A stretch of DNA of 64,000 bases from Camelus dromedarius (GCF_036321535.1 NC_087437.1:69504001-69568000), one strand, 5' to 3'. Counted from the stretch's first letter, positions 52,341 to 64,000 are shown. Numbers and translations are program-made. Notes: generated from the letters alone by a model not told the origin.

Positions 52341-53109
52341 GAGTATATGGCAAGTCAGTGTATGAACATGAGAAAACTATTCTTAACCCAAATAGATAAA
52401 AGGGGAAACAGAAACTCTACAAATAGCAGTTGCTAAATAACAGGAATCAACTACATTCTATTTCTGCCATTGGTTTTGATCTAGAATCACTGGGTCCTAT
52501 CCAGAGGCCATATAAGATGTCATTTTGAGAAGAATGCTAAGGTCAGGATAATCCTCCTCCCACTTCCTTTTTGTTACACTCTGACCTGGTCAGTTTCCCA
52601 AGGACCATCAATGACTGCTAACAGGGATCTTCAAGGATCCTATGGTTGTCAGACAGCTGCCTCTATAAGCAGAAAATATTTCTGTTTTATTTGTTACTGC
52701 ACAGGGTCAGTAAGGGGCAAGAAGAGTGAGAAAAAAATAAGATTTTTAAAATTATTGAATTCCTTCATGCTTTCTTGTCTTCCTCCCTCATCCTGACACA
52801 CACTTTCTCAGGGACAGCATAAGCAACTAACAGCTTGGGGGAAAAAAAAAGAAAATCACAGTCAAAGCATAAACTCTGCAATTTGTAATCAGTGCATAAC
52901 CTCTGTGATGAAATTTGTGAGTAAGTAATTCACTTTCCACTTAAGCCCACCAATGTGAGATCTCACGTTGCCGCCCTGAACACTAATGAAGGAAGTCAGA
53001 CGGCAGTACAGATAGCCCCTGGGAACTCATTTCTCACATCACCAAAAAGTAATTTCTGTCATTTTGGGCCATCTGGTAACCTGGATTGTGAAGATGAAGT
53101 TTCATTCAA

Positions 53110-53320
53110 GTAGGGCTGAAGAGCATGGGCCCCAGTCTTTTCAGATACAAATCTGTTTCTGCTTCTCACTTAGCCCCTTTATAGCTTAGTTTCCTACCCG
53201 TAAGTAAAATCACATAGGATATTATTTCCCTATTATAAGGAGTTATTGAGATAATACTTGTAAAATAATCTATATGAGGTCTTATGTATGATAAATGCTT
53301 AATTAAAGTTAGCTATTATT
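53110..53320 (+). mobile_element. MIR SINE
   Basis: gaagagcatgggccccagtc...cttagtttcctacc...aaatgcttaattaaagttagctattatt. Confidence 0.6.
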
Positions 53321-53941
53321 AAAGTGTTAGTAACAATGGTGGTAATGGTATTTGGAGTAACAGTAATATTTTTGTAGTGTCTACTTGTCTGTGACATAGG
53401 CCTTAGGAATTTAATTTTTAAGCTCTAAGTCACATCATCAGGCCTGTCACACACCAAAATGATATGTGGCTAGATTATTAGCAACCAGGTATTACACATC
53501 TTAATAACATATCTATGCAATCTTATACTAAATAATACTGTTTTTTTTTTCTCCTGGCATTTGGAGGAAAGATTGGACTAAATTCATTTTATATACATAG
53601 GAAAATAAAGGCAAGTAACACTTAGTGATAAGAAAATTTATTCTTAATGTGTATAAATGTACATTTTCTCTAATAACCACAAAAGGTCCATTCTAATCAG
53701 AAGAGAGCTAAGACATTTTCATTATATTACTCTGTGTACTTCCTACAGCACTTGACCATAATGGGGAGATTCTAACCTTTATAGTAAGACCCATGCTTTT
53801 CATCTGCTCAGTAAGTCTCTAAGGAGATCATAAAGCACCCAGGCTTCCTAAAACAAAAACTCAAATGATTTAAGTCACAAAAGCAGTTAGCTCAAACTTG
53901 CCACTTTCAGTTGCATGGACCAGGGCTGCAAAACCTGCTTT

Positions 53942-53990
53942 TACTGATATGCCTATTTCTTTACATATTCCATTTGCCTTTTCTTTATAG
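53942..53990 (+). promoter_or_regulatory. LSAMP: 3' splice site of the LSAMP exon: candidate branch point (tactgat), polypyrimidine tract, TAG
   Basis: tactgat...tttgccttttctttatag|; no AG between 53924 and 53988. Confidence 0.8.
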
Positions 53991-54116
53991 TTCCACCAAA
54001 GATCTCCAACATATCCTCGGATGTCACTGTGAATGAGGGCAGCAACGTGACCCTGGTCTGCATGGCTAATGGCCGTCCTGAACCTGTTATCACCTGGAGA
54101 CACCTTACACCAACTG
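53991..54116 (+). CDS. LSAMP: Limbic system-associated membrane protein (IgLON family), internal coding exon for the N-terminal half of Ig domain 2; phase 1/phase 1, 126 nt
   Basis: (V)[41 protein letters not shown](G) matches the LSAMP sequence as I recall it; Ig B-strand Cys and C-strand Trp; N-glycosylation sequons NIS and NVT; canonical ag|...|gtaagt boundaries. Confidence 0.96.
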
Positions 54117-54586
54117 GTAAGTAACCCTCCAGTCTCCAAAATGACACAAACTGTTTAAAATACCCTCATGCTTCTGAGAGTCCATTGGACCCGAAAGGAA
54201 AGCATCTATCTTGTTATTAAAATGCTAATGGAATAGTGACACAGGACTTATTTAGGTCCCTTTCTGGTCTTTTCTAATGTGTTCATCTCTATAAAGTCTA
54301 CAGCTGTAGAACGAAATATATATATATATCATATTTCATTTTCATATTGCCTTGGGGTCAAGGCAACAAATATAGAAGCATTAAATGCATTAAAAGATGT
54401 AATAATATGTCTAAAATATATGCCAGGTCAGTGCTTTCGTGACTTGGGACAATATTTTGTATGGACTAAATATAAATAGTTCTTTGTATGCTTTTTATTT
54501 TGCTTTGCTTTTAAATATTGTTTCCAAATATGTAACAGCTTGTGAAGAAACCTTTTAGGAATAATACAAAATTGCCTGTGACTTCT

Positions 54587-55400
54587 ATACCATGCTATTT
54601 TGATTACTGTAGCTTTGTAGTATTATCTGAAGTCTGGGAGGGTTATTCCTCCAGCTTCATTCCTTTTCTTCAGTATTGTTTTGGCAGTTCTGGGTCTTTT
54701 GTGATTCCATATAAATTTTAGGATTATTTGTTCTAATTCTGTGAAAAATGTCCTGGGAAATTTGATAGAGATTATATTAAATCTGCAGATTGTTTTGGGT
54801 AGTATGGCCATTTTAACAATATTAATTCTTCCAATCCAAGAGCATGCAGTATTGTTCCATTTATTTAGGTCATCTTTAATTTCTTTAGATAGTGTTTTAT
54901 AGTTTGCTGTGTATAAGTCTTTCACATCCTTGGTTAGGTTTATTCCTAATTTTTTTTTTTATATGATTTTGGAAGGTTTTTTGTTTTGTTTTGTTTTGTT
55001 TACTTTTCTGATATTTTACTATTAGTAGAGAGAAATGCAACAGATTTCTGTATGTTAACCTTGTATCTTGCTACCTTGCTAAATTTTTTTTATCAGCTCT
55101 AGTAGTTTTTATGCAGTCATTAAGGTTTTCTATATATAGTACCATGTCAACCACATAAAGTGACAATTTTACTTCTCTTCCAATTTGGATCCCCTTTATT
55201 TCTTTTTCTTGTCTGATTGCTATGGCTAGGACTTCCAATACTGTGTTGAATAGAGTGGTGAGAGTGGGCATCCTTGTATTTGTCCAGATTTTAGCAAGAA
55301 GGCTTTGAACTTTTCACTGTTGAGTATTATGTTGGCTGTGGGTTTGTCATAAAAATATCTTTTATTATGTTAGGATCTGTTCCCTCTATGACCGCTTTTG
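54587..55400 (-). mobile_element. Internal L1 ORF2 (RT-domain) fragment truncated at both ends, flanked by 15-bp TSD
   Basis: ORF track 55071..55271 and 54623..54925 are L1 RT peptides (degenerate catalytic motif [22 protein letters not shown]...GGITLPDFR); TSD ttgcctgtgacttct (54572-54586) / ttgtctgtgatttct (55401-55415). Confidence 0.9.
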
Positions 55401-57452
55401 TTGTCTGTGATTTCTAATATGCTATTCTCAGTATTTGGCTCTGTGGAGGGGCACCAGTCAGGCACTAAGCTGCATAAGCCCATTATGGATCCCCATCTAT
55501 TGAGGCTAACTCAATAAAAGTCAGAAAATCACTTCCCAGGAATGTCTTCTGCATCCTCCTCTACCCCTTCCCACCATCATAACTATAACTTAGTTCTGAG
55601 GCCTTGCTGCCTTTTGAGCTTCATTTAAAGATTTTACCAAATTCTTTAGAATTAATTGCGTGCATCCTCCCATACTCCACAGATTACATTTTTATACACA
55701 AAATGATGCCTTTGAAAATGACACAATATTTGTAGAATGGGGCCTGCTATTTAGTTTTTCCAGAAAGAGGAGTAATGGGTCAATTATTCTTATAAAATTT
55801 CATTTTTTGGTAGATAGCCCCCAATATTTAACTGATTTATATCTGATATTCTCTTAAAGTTTCCTCATATAAATATCTAGAGATTTAGTTAATAACATAT
55901 TAATTTTGAAATAAACACTGTGAAAAATTATTGTGCAAAGCTAGATATACAATGGGAGCTATCCTGAGATATTTCTAAAAGTCCAGGCCAGGGTAGTGTT
56001 TGGTTATAGCATCTTTAAATACTTTTGTATTTTGTGGTCTGAGAATATGGGCCTCTATTTCATATTAGCCCTCAAGTTAATTTATCAGGTGAAGTTTGAA
56101 CCAGCCTATGAAATGGGCTTTTATTTAGGCAGCTATTCTTATTAGAGACTTCTATTTTGTTAAGAGAATGTCATTCAAAACTCATTCTTATTGTTCACGC
56201 ATACAACTTATCATTTATTGATAAAATATAAAAGCAATAAATGAGGCACTTATTTGGGAGATCAACCTCAAACGCGTATCATCTCATTCCCATTTGAAAC
56301 CTCACATGGGAAAAATACACATGCAGGATTATCTGAAGTAGGAACCTCTAGATACCATATACCTTTCCCCTGGATTAACTTAAGCCTCCAGAGCATATTC
56401 TACTTGAATGGAATTATATTAACCTCCAATCCCACACCACCTAGACCTGTCCCATGTAGAAATGCTTTTACTGAATGACAATTTGGTTTAAAGTTTTTGG
56501 CACATCTTTAAATATATTATTTAACAAGATACCCTTTAAAATTACTGCATTTTCTGTAATGTTTCTGAGACATTGTTCTTTCTATTACATAGTTTCTTCT
56601 GAATGGACCCTTTAAGGAATTTCCTCTGTTCTCAATATTTTGACTGTCATTTTTCTAAGCAGTGGTTTGTTTTTTTAAAGTGAACTAATGAATTTTTACA
56701 AATAATCATGAGTCCTTCATTGTATTGATGATTACCAAACTTAGAGCCAAATTTATGACTGATCTGTAAATAGAGGAAATCATATATAAATTAGACGTTA
56801 ATGAAATGGACTTTAAACAAACTATGTGGGATTTAAGGGCGTCAGATCCATATACAGACACATTCTTGCTTCCGTCTTGTTTTCTTATCGTTACTTTCAT
56901 ATTGTTTCACCTTTTATAAGTAATTCAAAAGTTTGTAAATAGATTATTTATAATTTCTTAATTTTTGTGAAATAAGTGGTAGATAAAAGAAAGGAAAGGA
57001 AGGAAGCTAGATTATATTCAAATTATAGTCAAGGAAAGAACTTCATTAATAAAAATACTTTATTCCTTTGGTGCACTGTTGACTAGCAAATAGTTTTTTT
57101 TTTTTCAAGAAAAATGCTGTTGGTGAACTGAACCTAGAGATATATTCTTTTGTATCCTCTCAGTTCAGAAAAGCAATGAGATCAAACCAGAGTTTCAAGA
57201 CACTCTTCACAGACTTGTTCTAGGAGTTCAGATCTTCATGGCTAACTCTAGAAAACTTTCTAATGAAAGTAAACATATGATCTGACCCCTGAACAACCTG
57301 GTTATCCATGATGTTTTAAATCATCGAAAGACCAAAGGGCAAGCCAGATCTTCCAGAATAAAGACAGCACTTACATACACTCAGAGAACCCTAGAGACTT
57401 CGAAATCAACCAGAGAAATTGATGTACACACAGGGATTCCCAGTAGTCTGGC

Positions 57453-57797
57453 GAGGGGTCAGAAAACTATAGTCCCTGGGCCAAATCCAATCTGCCTCTG
57501 TTCTTAGTACCTGCAAGCTAAGAGTAATTTTTAAACGGTTAAATGGTTAAATTTTTAGATAGTTAAAAATCAAAAAAAAATCTATTTTGTAACATGCAAA
57601 AAATATGACATTCAAATTTCAAAGCCCATAAATAAAGTTTTAGTGAAACACAGCCATGCTTATTCATTTACATGTTATCTATGGCTGCTTTTTTTTTTAA
57701 TGAAACAGCAAAATTCAGTTGCAAGAGGTATGGCTTAGCCCCTAAAGCCTGAAATATTGTCTATCTTGCCTTTTACAGAATCGTTTACAGACCCCTG
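57453..57797 (+). mobile_element. MER58B-like hAT-Charlie MITE
   Basis: aggggtcagaaaactatag...gggccaaatcc...aataaagttttagtgaaacacagccatgc...aaagcctgaaatatt...ccttttacaga...gacccctg; ~345 bp with TIRs. Confidence 0.85.
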
Positions 57798-58533
57798 CTC
57801 AAGACTGTGGCTTGGGGCACAGGACAAGGATTTTCTGCCCTCATCTATGACCCCATGGGGCTTTGGGGATATCCTCCATTAAGTTTCTAAAGACATCTCC
57901 AGGGAAGGAACACATTCCTCTATAATCCTCTATCTAGGCCCTCTCTGTGGCTCAAATGCTGTTCTGGCACATGCAAAACTAGCCCCCTGCTACATTCACA
58001 GCCTGAAGGGCAGACTCCAGTTCTCCCTACACCTGGTATTAATTCTCAAGCCTACTCTTTCATCTCTTTCACATCTGACCTAAATAACCACCTGATCATA
58101 ATCATATTCCTGGTGATGGAAGAGAGAATTTGTCTTTATTATTCTATATAGGAAACTAGAATTTTTGTTTTGTGTGGTTTTTTTTCCCCTTTTCAAAATT
58201 TGCAAGCAGAGAGTGATCCTTTTCAGCCTATAATGCAAAGCCTTTTCGGGAGACACTCAAAGAAGAGGCTCTGCTCCCCATGTGGCAACAAAGCTACCTA
58301 CAACCCATGGCCATACGAGCAAAAAACTCAAGCTAGCTTTGTTCAATTATTAATTGTACCTGCAACTGTACAGAGTGTGACTGCCTTGCTGAGGAAACGT
58401 ACCTGTAATTAGCTCGACCCCACAGGGACACTGAGCCCTGAAAGGGGGAAGATCTCATGCAGAGTTCACAAGTATCTGATTACCTGTCATTTGATGACGT
58501 GATGGGGAGAAAGGAAAGAAGGTGCAAGATGTT

Positions 58534-58564
<31 letters not shown>

Positions 58565-59294
58565 GAGAAGAATATTTATTATCTCTTAATTCAGTTCTTT
58601 AAAAAAAACCATTTTGGTTGGGTCATTTTGTTTCTCTTTTGAAATTTTGACACCTGAAATTTCTTTTTCAGGTACACTGCAAGTATTTTTAAAGAGGGAA
58701 ATTAGAAAAATGGTGGATTTTTTAATACATACAAAATCAAAACATATACCCAACATAGATGGAGGAGAAGAGATTGATGCATCCCATGGTTGCCTGCCTT
58801 ATATTTCTGATTTCTTAATTTTTCTCTCCTCCTCACTTACTCTGTATAGTCAAAATGATGTGTCACATATGCAGTTGTTAAATGTGACCTATTTTCTCCC
58901 TTAATTAAGTTAGACTTTCATAATCCTGTGACTCCCAGAGGGCAATTGCACCGTAACATGTATTTTCTATGGAGTGTTTGATCTCCCTTCTGTGAGCAAT
59001 GCAGCTCCTATCTTCATTTAACTTTGTTTTTAAATCTTTCTTCTTACATTCCAGAGAAGTCCCTTTCTCAAGTGTGCCTCATGTGGTGTCAGGATTGTTC
59101 ATGGTTACACAGTTTCTATGCACTTCATTTCTACAAAGGTTTTTACATCCTCAGTAACTTTTTATACCTGCAACATTCAAAAGGTACACTGAGAACTTAG
59201 CTCCTTAGGCTGAGAATTTAGCAAGTGCTGTACAATTCTCTTGTCCAAGCCAGAAACCAGATTTGACACCAACCCTGTGTATAGAAATCTTGAG

Positions 59295-59775
59295 GACTTG
59301 GAGGGTATTATGCTAAGTGAAATAAGTCAGGCAGAGAAAGACAAATATTGTATGGTATCACTTATATGTGGAATCTAAAAAATACAACGAACTACTGACT
59401 ATACCAAAAAAGAAACAGACTCACAGATATAGAAACTGACTAGTGATTACCAGTGTGGAGAGAGAAGGAGTCAGGGGCACGACAGGGGTAGGGGAGTAAC
59501 AGGTATAAACTGTTACGTATAAAATAAGCTACGGGTGGTGGATGAGTAGAGCTCAGTGGTAGAATGCGTGCTGAGCAGGCATGAGGTCTTGGGTTCAATC
59601 CTCAGGACTTCCATTAAAAAAATAAGCTACAGGATATATTGGACAACATAGGGAATATAGCCAATATTTTATAATAACTATAAATGGAGTATAATCTTTA
59701 AAAATTGTGGCTCACTGCACTGTACACCTGTAACTTATATAATACTGTACATCAACTGTACTTCAATTAAAGAAA
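59295..59775 (+). mobile_element. Older L1 3' end (ORF2 tail + 3'UTR; cetartiodactyl-type), interrupted by a SINE
   Basis: gacttggagggtattatgctaagtgaaataagtcag...cacttatatgtggaatctaaaaa...gggaatatagccaatattttataataac...catcaactgtacttcaattaaa. Confidence 0.85.
59533..59618 (+). mobile_element. tRNA-Ala-derived short SINE (camelid vic-1-like) with perfect 12-bp TSD
   Basis: A-box gagctcagtgg (59549-59559), AGC-like anticodon loop, B-box ggttcaatcc (59592-59601), ccatt + A tail; TSD aaaataagctac at 59521-59532 and 59619-59630. Confidence 0.85.
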
Positions 59776-60579
59776 GACATATTTTCTATTTTGATTGGGT
59801 CAGTGGAAAAACATTGGTCTAAGAAGAACTAAGAGGACTCTGAAGAGTCTGAAATCCCCTTTCTCATTGGAGGTTGGGTTTTAACCCCTTGGTCAGACAT
59901 TCTCTTTCAATTCATTTCCAAGTTTGAATCCTTGCCTGATAGTACTCTTAGACTCCATTAATGCTATAGCACTGTCTGTCTTACTTCTAACTTTATAACT
60001 CACCCAGGTATTAACATATCCAGTCTAGACTCTGCCCTCATGGGAGAGAAATATATAATGTTAAACTAAAGTTATTTCGTTACAGTGAATTCCAGAAGCA
60101 CCTGTTGCAAGTAACTATCACCTGCTCTTTTCAGTTAGCATGTTAGAATTAGTATGACTTCACATTTTACACAGAGAATACATGATTTACAGTTGAGGTT
60201 TTAGGAACTTCTTTGGGACCTTCCAGAAGGTTCTGTAAGTCAATCTTGGTAGTATAAGGATGTGAAAGAATCATACCTCTGCATTTTGCAGATAAAGGGT
60301 CTTGACTATATAGTGATCAATTATACAAGAATAACAACTTATTCTATTTATTGCTTTTATTTATTTCTTTCAGTTTTTATTTTTTAATATTCTCATTATC
60401 CCTCATGAGCAGAAAAATAAAGAAAAATCTTGCTATGTTTTCTTTTCATTGTCTTACTTGTATATTAGTTTGAAAACATATCTCCCACCAATACAGAATT
60501 ATATTTAGATTAATCTTGATCTTGATTACAATTTGCCCTTTTGACAAGAAGTATTTCTAGAACACTCACTCTGGAAAAG

Positions 60580-60880
60580 GACAGAATGAGGAGCAAAACA
60601 GATATGGTCGCTGCACAAAGGGAACTTTCAGTGCCACAAGAAAGCAGAGCATTAAACTAATAAATGCATGAATAACCACTTAATTAGATTTATACAGTGT
60701 AAAGAAAAATTATAGCATTCAATAAGACCATAAAACAGGGCTATATAGCAAAATCTGCAAGGCCAGCAAATCTCCCCTGAGGAAGCTTATTCTGAGACCT
60801 CAAGGATGAATAGGACCTGACCAAGAAAACAGGGGAGGGAAGAGTGTCCTCAGCAGAGAAAGAGTGTAGATAATACTGCA
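60580..60880 (-). mobile_element. LINE-2 fragment
   Basis: agcaaaacagatatggtcgctgc...tctcccctgaggaag...tgagacctcaaggatgaatagga...gaagagtgtcctcagcagag. Confidence 0.65.
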
Positions 60881-62819
60881 TTTAAGAATCCAGGCCAGCA
60901 TCTTTCTGTGAAGCCATGATGTTGGTGTTAAGTTATGCTGCTTCTCTTTTAAATGTTTAAATCTCTTTTTTGGGCACACTATTTCTTTTTACTTTTTAAC
61001 GTTCCTGGTTTCTCTTTTCAAAGGGCTGAAAAATAAGGATTAGTCTCACTATACTTTCCTTTCAGAATCTTACTTGGATATTGGTTTTAAATATACAGTG
61101 TACTATATACTCACATATACACTTTCCCAGTGTCGCAAGTATATAGACAGTTATTTTTGTGTGTGAATTTCTTAAATTTAGGGCAAAGCATATTCTTTTC
61201 CCATTCATATAATTTCATAATAGCTTAATCAAGTAAATGCAAAGTCTTCTTTACTAACTTAATCATTAAAACAAATGGGTAATTTAGAAAATGAAAACTA
61301 CAAAATTTAACCACGTGATTACTGGCATCTAAACCTTAAAAATCCTTAAGGGACTCACAATAACTGGCACTGATAACCTTTAAGCCATGGGAGGATTTCC
61401 ACCACCAGATGTGCTGGCCATTCTGATGAGTGTTGTGCAAATGCCTTTGCACCACCAGCACCTGACTCTTACCCCTTCCCAGATCTGTCATCAGAACCCC
61501 AGATACTCTTCCTGAAGAGATATAAGCCATTCTAGATGTGTCCTTGGGGGACTAGCTTGGACTGAAGTGCTGCAGGACACTTTGGAATCTCGAGTGTTGG
61601 GGGGCAGGGGCAATAGCTTAATCACAAACTTTGCACATGGCCTAGTAGAACAGAAATAGAGCCTACATCTCTCAGCATCTCATGACTTCAAATATTTTTG
61701 CCATTATTCCAAATAGTCTGTGTTTTCTAATTTTAAAGTAAGTCTAAAAATAAATTATTTGCCAAGGCTTATCATGAGAATTAAAAGAGAACATGTAGGC
61801 AAAGTTCTTAGCATACTGTTAGCTATTACTGATATTTTAACATCTATTTTAATTATTATTTATCCATATATCAGCTTTCTATAGTGATAGTTTGAAGGAG
61901 ACTGATAATCTGATTGTAAACAACCTCCATGCCATCTTTATTCATTCCAACACAGCAACCAGGGAGATTTTTTAAATGCTCTCACCAAGACCAACCTTAG
62001 TATTTTAAATCTTATATTGCATCACATCTCAACATACCCACTTGAGGTGTTCATATTTCAAAAGGGCATGACAACAACATCTTGTTAGGGAGAGATTTTT
62101 TTCTAGTGTGGTTTATTTATGTGACTATGCTTCTTCTCCCAGGGGATAGTCTTCCCAGAGTCTGGCTGTGGAACAGGTAATACTTTACTAAACTGTAGCT
62201 GTGGAGAACCCATAGGTTGTAAATTTCAATGATTATTATTTTTTATGAAATTGACGTTTCAGATGATGGTGGTACCATGACACCAAAAAATGACCTGCAA
62301 TATTCAGGGGTGAGCCACTGAACAGTAACAGAAGGACCATACAAATTTAAAAAAAAAAAGAAGAAGAAGACAGTAAAGTATAGTTTCTTGAAGAAGCATA
62401 TTAAAAAGATCAAAGTGATAGTGAAATTGTTGAAATAGGCAGATATAAACACAATGAAATTAATTAAGGTGAGTACAGGTTAATTTACTTGGGAGCCAAA
62501 CAAACCATTATAGAAGAGACAATGGGACTCACAATGTATTTGCTATGGCTCACTTAGACATGAAGAAGTCAGGGATAGGTTGTGTGACTCCTGTGGACTT
62601 CCCACAATTAATTTTGGTAACTTGACTGTGGACGTCAGGTAAGGTTTGTCCTAAATTTCCTCATGAGATGTCACAGTAGGTCTGACTTAGGCCTTTCCTA
62701 AGAGGGAAAAGCCGAGGTCCCATAAATAAAGATGCTTTCCTAGGGTGGTCAGAAGCAAAGGGGACAGGGAACAAGTTCAAATAGATGCTCAGGGAGATAA
62801 AAATTGTCTAGATCAGAAA

Positions 62820-63490
62820 CTTGAGAGTGATCCTGGCTTCCTTCTCTTCTTGTCCCCCAGCAATGATTCATTTGACACATGGTTTTGAGTCTACCTTCTT
62901 AATAGCCACCATTCCCCTCTCCATGTTGTTATTGTCACAATGTAGATAAACCAACAATGTCTCCAATTTTTCAGTTGGGCCTCTTGCTGCTAGATATTTA
63001 CCCCTACTACAAAAATACTATTTCTAAATTTAGAAGTGGTGGAGTTAATTTTCCTGCTTAATTTCCCAATTTCCCATTGCCTTTGGGATAATGTTCAAAA
63101 TAAGCATAGCAAAGCCCTTCATTCAACTTATTTTCCTGTAATCACTCAACTTAATGTAGTAGGTAAATTATACTATTTGTATTTCAAGAATATGCCTTGT
63201 CCACTTGCTTTGGGGCCTTTACACATCCTGATTTTCTTCTTGAAACATGATTTCTCATCTGACTTGTATCATCATTTTGCCAGTATAACTTCTTTTTGCA
63301 AGACTTTCAAGATGACACTCCCTACAGGAAGCCATATAATAGAAGTAATAAAATTGCATTTTAATTATATGCAATCTCTAGATTATAAGATCCATAAAAA
63401 TGCAAAAACTGTGTCCTACTTCTGTCTGTATTCTCAGCATTTTGCTTGGCATATTATAAGTGCTCAATCAGTTGAGTTATTCAGTTAAGG
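62820..63490 (+). mobile_element. LINE-2 3' portion
   Basis: gagagtgatcctggcttccttctc...ctagattataagatccat...ttggcatattataagtgctcaatcag. Confidence 0.65.
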
Positions 63491-63879
63491 GCTTTATAAA
63501 AATAGTATTGGTGGGAAATAACTCATCATGAAATGTAAACTAAATACTCATTGATAAGTCATTAAAGCATGAATGATTAGAAGGCAAACTGCAAATGATA
63601 CAATAGATACATGTAACTAAGGCTATCCAACTAATAGTTTTGTTGTTCTCTTACTGAGAAGGTTTTGGAAATTTCAGGTCCTGTTCAGATCTGTTTCTTC
63701 CTGTGTTGCCGTGTTATGCTGATTTGCTTCTGTTGGACTCTCATCAGTATCTACTGGGCTAAGAGAAAATGCTCTGAAATTCTCACATTCTTATATCAGC
63801 CCCTTTATCTCTCTTTATCACTAATTTATTATCAGAAATTGTTTTTGTCCTCAGCAGTTATCATGTTTAGTAATTGCCC

Positions 63880-64000
63880 TGATTGTTTATCTTTTTACCG
63901 TTGTCCTCATGAAAGCAGGCACCTACATGCTCTTAGTCCCATTACCATGCCAAGCACAGAGCAAGTGCTCAGTAAAACTTTACTGAATTAATAAATGAAT
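63880..64000 (+). mobile_element. LINE-2 3' end
   Basis: atgccaagcacagagcaagtgctcagtaaaac...tgaattaataaatgaat. Confidence 0.6.

Larger units (their letters stand above)
1..53990 (+). other. LSAMP: LSAMP intron upstream of the Ig2a exon (intron 2, 3' part)
   Basis: Ends in a pyrimidine tract plus TAG directly before the recognised exon; no sequence encoding the preceding LSAMP Ig1 exon was seen in the window. Confidence 0.85.
54117..64000 (+). other. LSAMP: LSAMP downstream intron (5' part), starting with consensus donor GTAAGT
   Basis: Donor at 54117-54122; the next exon (REFEGEEEYLEI...) was not found in the window. Confidence 0.85.

Noticed and set aside
53870..54147. Minus-strand ORFs overlapping the exon
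   Set aside because: Antisense to the real + strand LSAMP exon, which the ORF track misses because it is a short internal exon.
59533..59618. Functional tRNA-Ala gene
   Set aside because: Disrupted stems, an A-tail instead of a T-run terminator, and flanking TSDs show it is a retroposed SINE.
63036..63488. 150-aa ORF
   Set aside because: Lies in a decayed L2 3' region, starts at GTG, and has no recognisable homology.
1..64000. The many 60-150 aa ORFs in the six-frame track as protein-coding genes
   Set aside because: Apart from L1-derived peptides none resembles a protein I recognise; many use non-ATG starts or lie in repeats or low-complexity DNA, as expected by chance in intronic sequence.
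1..64000. CRISPR array, operon or other prokaryotic/viral system
   Set aside because: No regularly spaced repeats with unique spacers and no dense coding; the sequence is mammalian intron.

Overview
AT-rich, CpG-depleted mammalian genomic DNA that is almost entirely intronic. The only host coding sequence I can support is one 126-nt + strand exon (53991-54116) encoding [43 protein letters not shown], which I recognise as the first half of the second Ig domain of LSAMP (IgLON family; exon 3 in the usual numbering). The window is therefore >53.9 kb of the upstream intron plus ~9.9 kb of the downstream intron. The repeats point to a camelid: a tRNA-Ala-derived vic-1-like SINE, a young camelid-type L1 and a Tigger1 deletion derivative, with no recognisable Alu, B1, Bov-A/BovB, PRE-1 or Can-SINE. 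The rest is ancient eutherian repeats (L2, MIR, MLT1, MER20, MER53, MER58, old L1). I see no prokaryotic-type system, CRISPR array or novel multi-gene system. The most notable observations: (i) an 814-bp internal L1 ORF2 fragment with no 3'UTR or poly(A) but flanked by TSDs (candidate internally primed insertion), 470 bp downstream of the exon; (ii) a young sense-oriented L1 whose ORF2 fragment is still open for 432 codons through compensating frameshifts; (iii) these two L1s form a 171-nt inverted pair bracketing a frame-symmetric exon; (iv) candidate intronic enhancers, CpG-rich patches and a locally templated insertion. Repeat family names come from recalled consensus sequences, not a database search, and ancient-repeat boundaries are approximate.
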